Shown here piece by piece: positions 62,790-64,000 of a stretch of 64,000 bases of DNA (positions are counted from its first letter, which is position 1; each line of letters starts with the position of its first letter). This DNA comes from Callorhinchus milii (taxonomy: Eukaryota). The stretch lies in the NCBI RefSeq assembly GCF_018977255.1, contig NW_024704763.1, forward strand, positions 2,294,001 through 2,358,000, written 5' to 3'. The notes beneath the pieces are model-generated. The model worked only from the letters and a program-made list of their open reading frames with translations. It did no database searches and had not been told where the DNA came from. A program made the translations under genes and the position numbers.

Positions 62790-64000
62790 TCCCCATCCCC
62801 CCAACCCCCCATCTCTCTCCCCCACCCCCCCATCTCTCTCCCCCCACCCCCCATCTCTCTCCCCCCCCCCCCCCCCATCTCTCTCCCCCACCCCCCCATC
62901 TCTCTCCCCCACCCCCCACCTCTCTCCCCCACCCCCCATCTCTCTCCCCCACCCCCCATCTCTCTCCCCCACCCCCCATCTCTCTCCCCACCCCCCATCT
63001 CTCTCCCCCCCCCCCCATCTCTCTCCCCCCCCCCCCATCTCTCTCCCCCACCCCCCCATCTCTCTCCCCCACCCCCCCATCTCTCCCCACCCCCCATCTC
63101 TCTCCCCCACCCCATCTCTCTCCCCCACCCCCCATCCTCTCCCCCCCCCCCCCCCCCATCTCTCTCCCCCACCCCCCATCTCTCTCCCCCACCCCATCTC
63201 TCTCCCCCATCTCTCTCCCCCACCCCCCATCTCTCTCCCCCACCCCCATCTCTCTCCCCCCCTCTCTCTCCCCCCCACCCCCCATCTCTTCCCCCCCCCC
63301 CCATCTCTCTCCCCCACCCCATCTCTCTCCCCCACCCCCCATCTCTTCCCCCACCCCCCCATCTCTCTCCCCCACCCCCCTCTCTCTCCCCCCCCCCATC
63401 TCTCTCCCCCACCCCCATCTCTCTCCCCACCCCCCATCTCTCTCCCCCCCCCCATCTCTCTCCCCCACCCCCATCTCTCTCCCCCCACCCCCATCTCTCT
63501 CCCCCACCCCCCATCTCTCTCCCCACCCCCCCCATCTCTCTCCCCCACCCCCCATCTCTCTCCCCCCCCCCCCCATCCTCCCCCCACCCCCCCATCTCTC
63601 TCCCCCACCCCCCATCTCTCTCCCCACCCCCCATCTCTCTCCCCCACCCCATCTCTCTCCCCACCCCCCACTCTCTCCCCACCCCATCTCTCTCCCCACC
63701 CCCATCTCTCTCCCCCACCCCATCTCTCTCCCCCACCCCCCATCTCTCTCCCCACCCCCCCATCTCTCTCCCCCACCCCGCAACTCTCTCCCCACCCCCA
63801 TCTCTCTCCCCACCCCCATCTCTCTCCCCACCCCCCCCCATCTCTCTCCCCCACCCCCCCCATCTCTCTCCCCACCCCCCCATCTCTCCCCCACCCCCCA
63901 TCTCTCTCCCCCCCCCCATCTCTCTCCCCCACCCCCCATCTCTCTCCCCCACCCCCCCATCTCTCTCCCCCACCCCCCATCTCTCCCCCCCCCCATCTCT
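62790..64000. repeat. C-rich minisatellite, about 18-20 bp unit (ccccccatctctctccccca), in MAP2K1 intron 1
   Basis: Directly visible array of more than 1.2 kb running off the window end. Confidence 0.97.

Noticed and set aside
62519-63996. Three Gly/Trp/Glu/Arg-rich ORFs of 405-484 aa
   Set aside because: All three frames are open only because the minisatellite lacks stop codons; intronic in MAP2K1.

Overview
Vertebrate genomic DNA, so genes are split into exons and most entries in the supplied ORF track are spurious. The dominant tRNA-headed Deu-type SINE, L2 and CR1 remnants suggest a cartilaginous fish such as a chimaera (inference). Hand-assembled gene order: RDH11/12/13-like dehydrogenase (-, runs off the left edge; intron 1 holds a full-length degenerate hAT transposon with an 8-bp TSD), SNAPC5 (+), a beta/gamma-crystallin gene resembling crybgx (-, missed by the ORF track, 1-nt frameshift in its last exon), LCTL/gamma-Klotho (+), ZWILCH (-), RPL4 (+; two U16 and five U18-type snoRNA copies, one U12-type intron) and MAP2K1 exons 2-11 (-). 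Two observations stand out. First, LCTL appears to have three alternative in-phase C-terminal exons (GPI-signal-like tail, soluble HDEV ER-retrieval-like tail, transmembrane tail) plus a 45-nt cassette exon. Second, LCTL sits head-to-head with the crystallin gene across less than 1 kb, suggesting a shared lens promoter. Exon coordinates were read by hand and checked for GT-AG ends and phase. Homology calls rest on recalled family motifs, not database searches.
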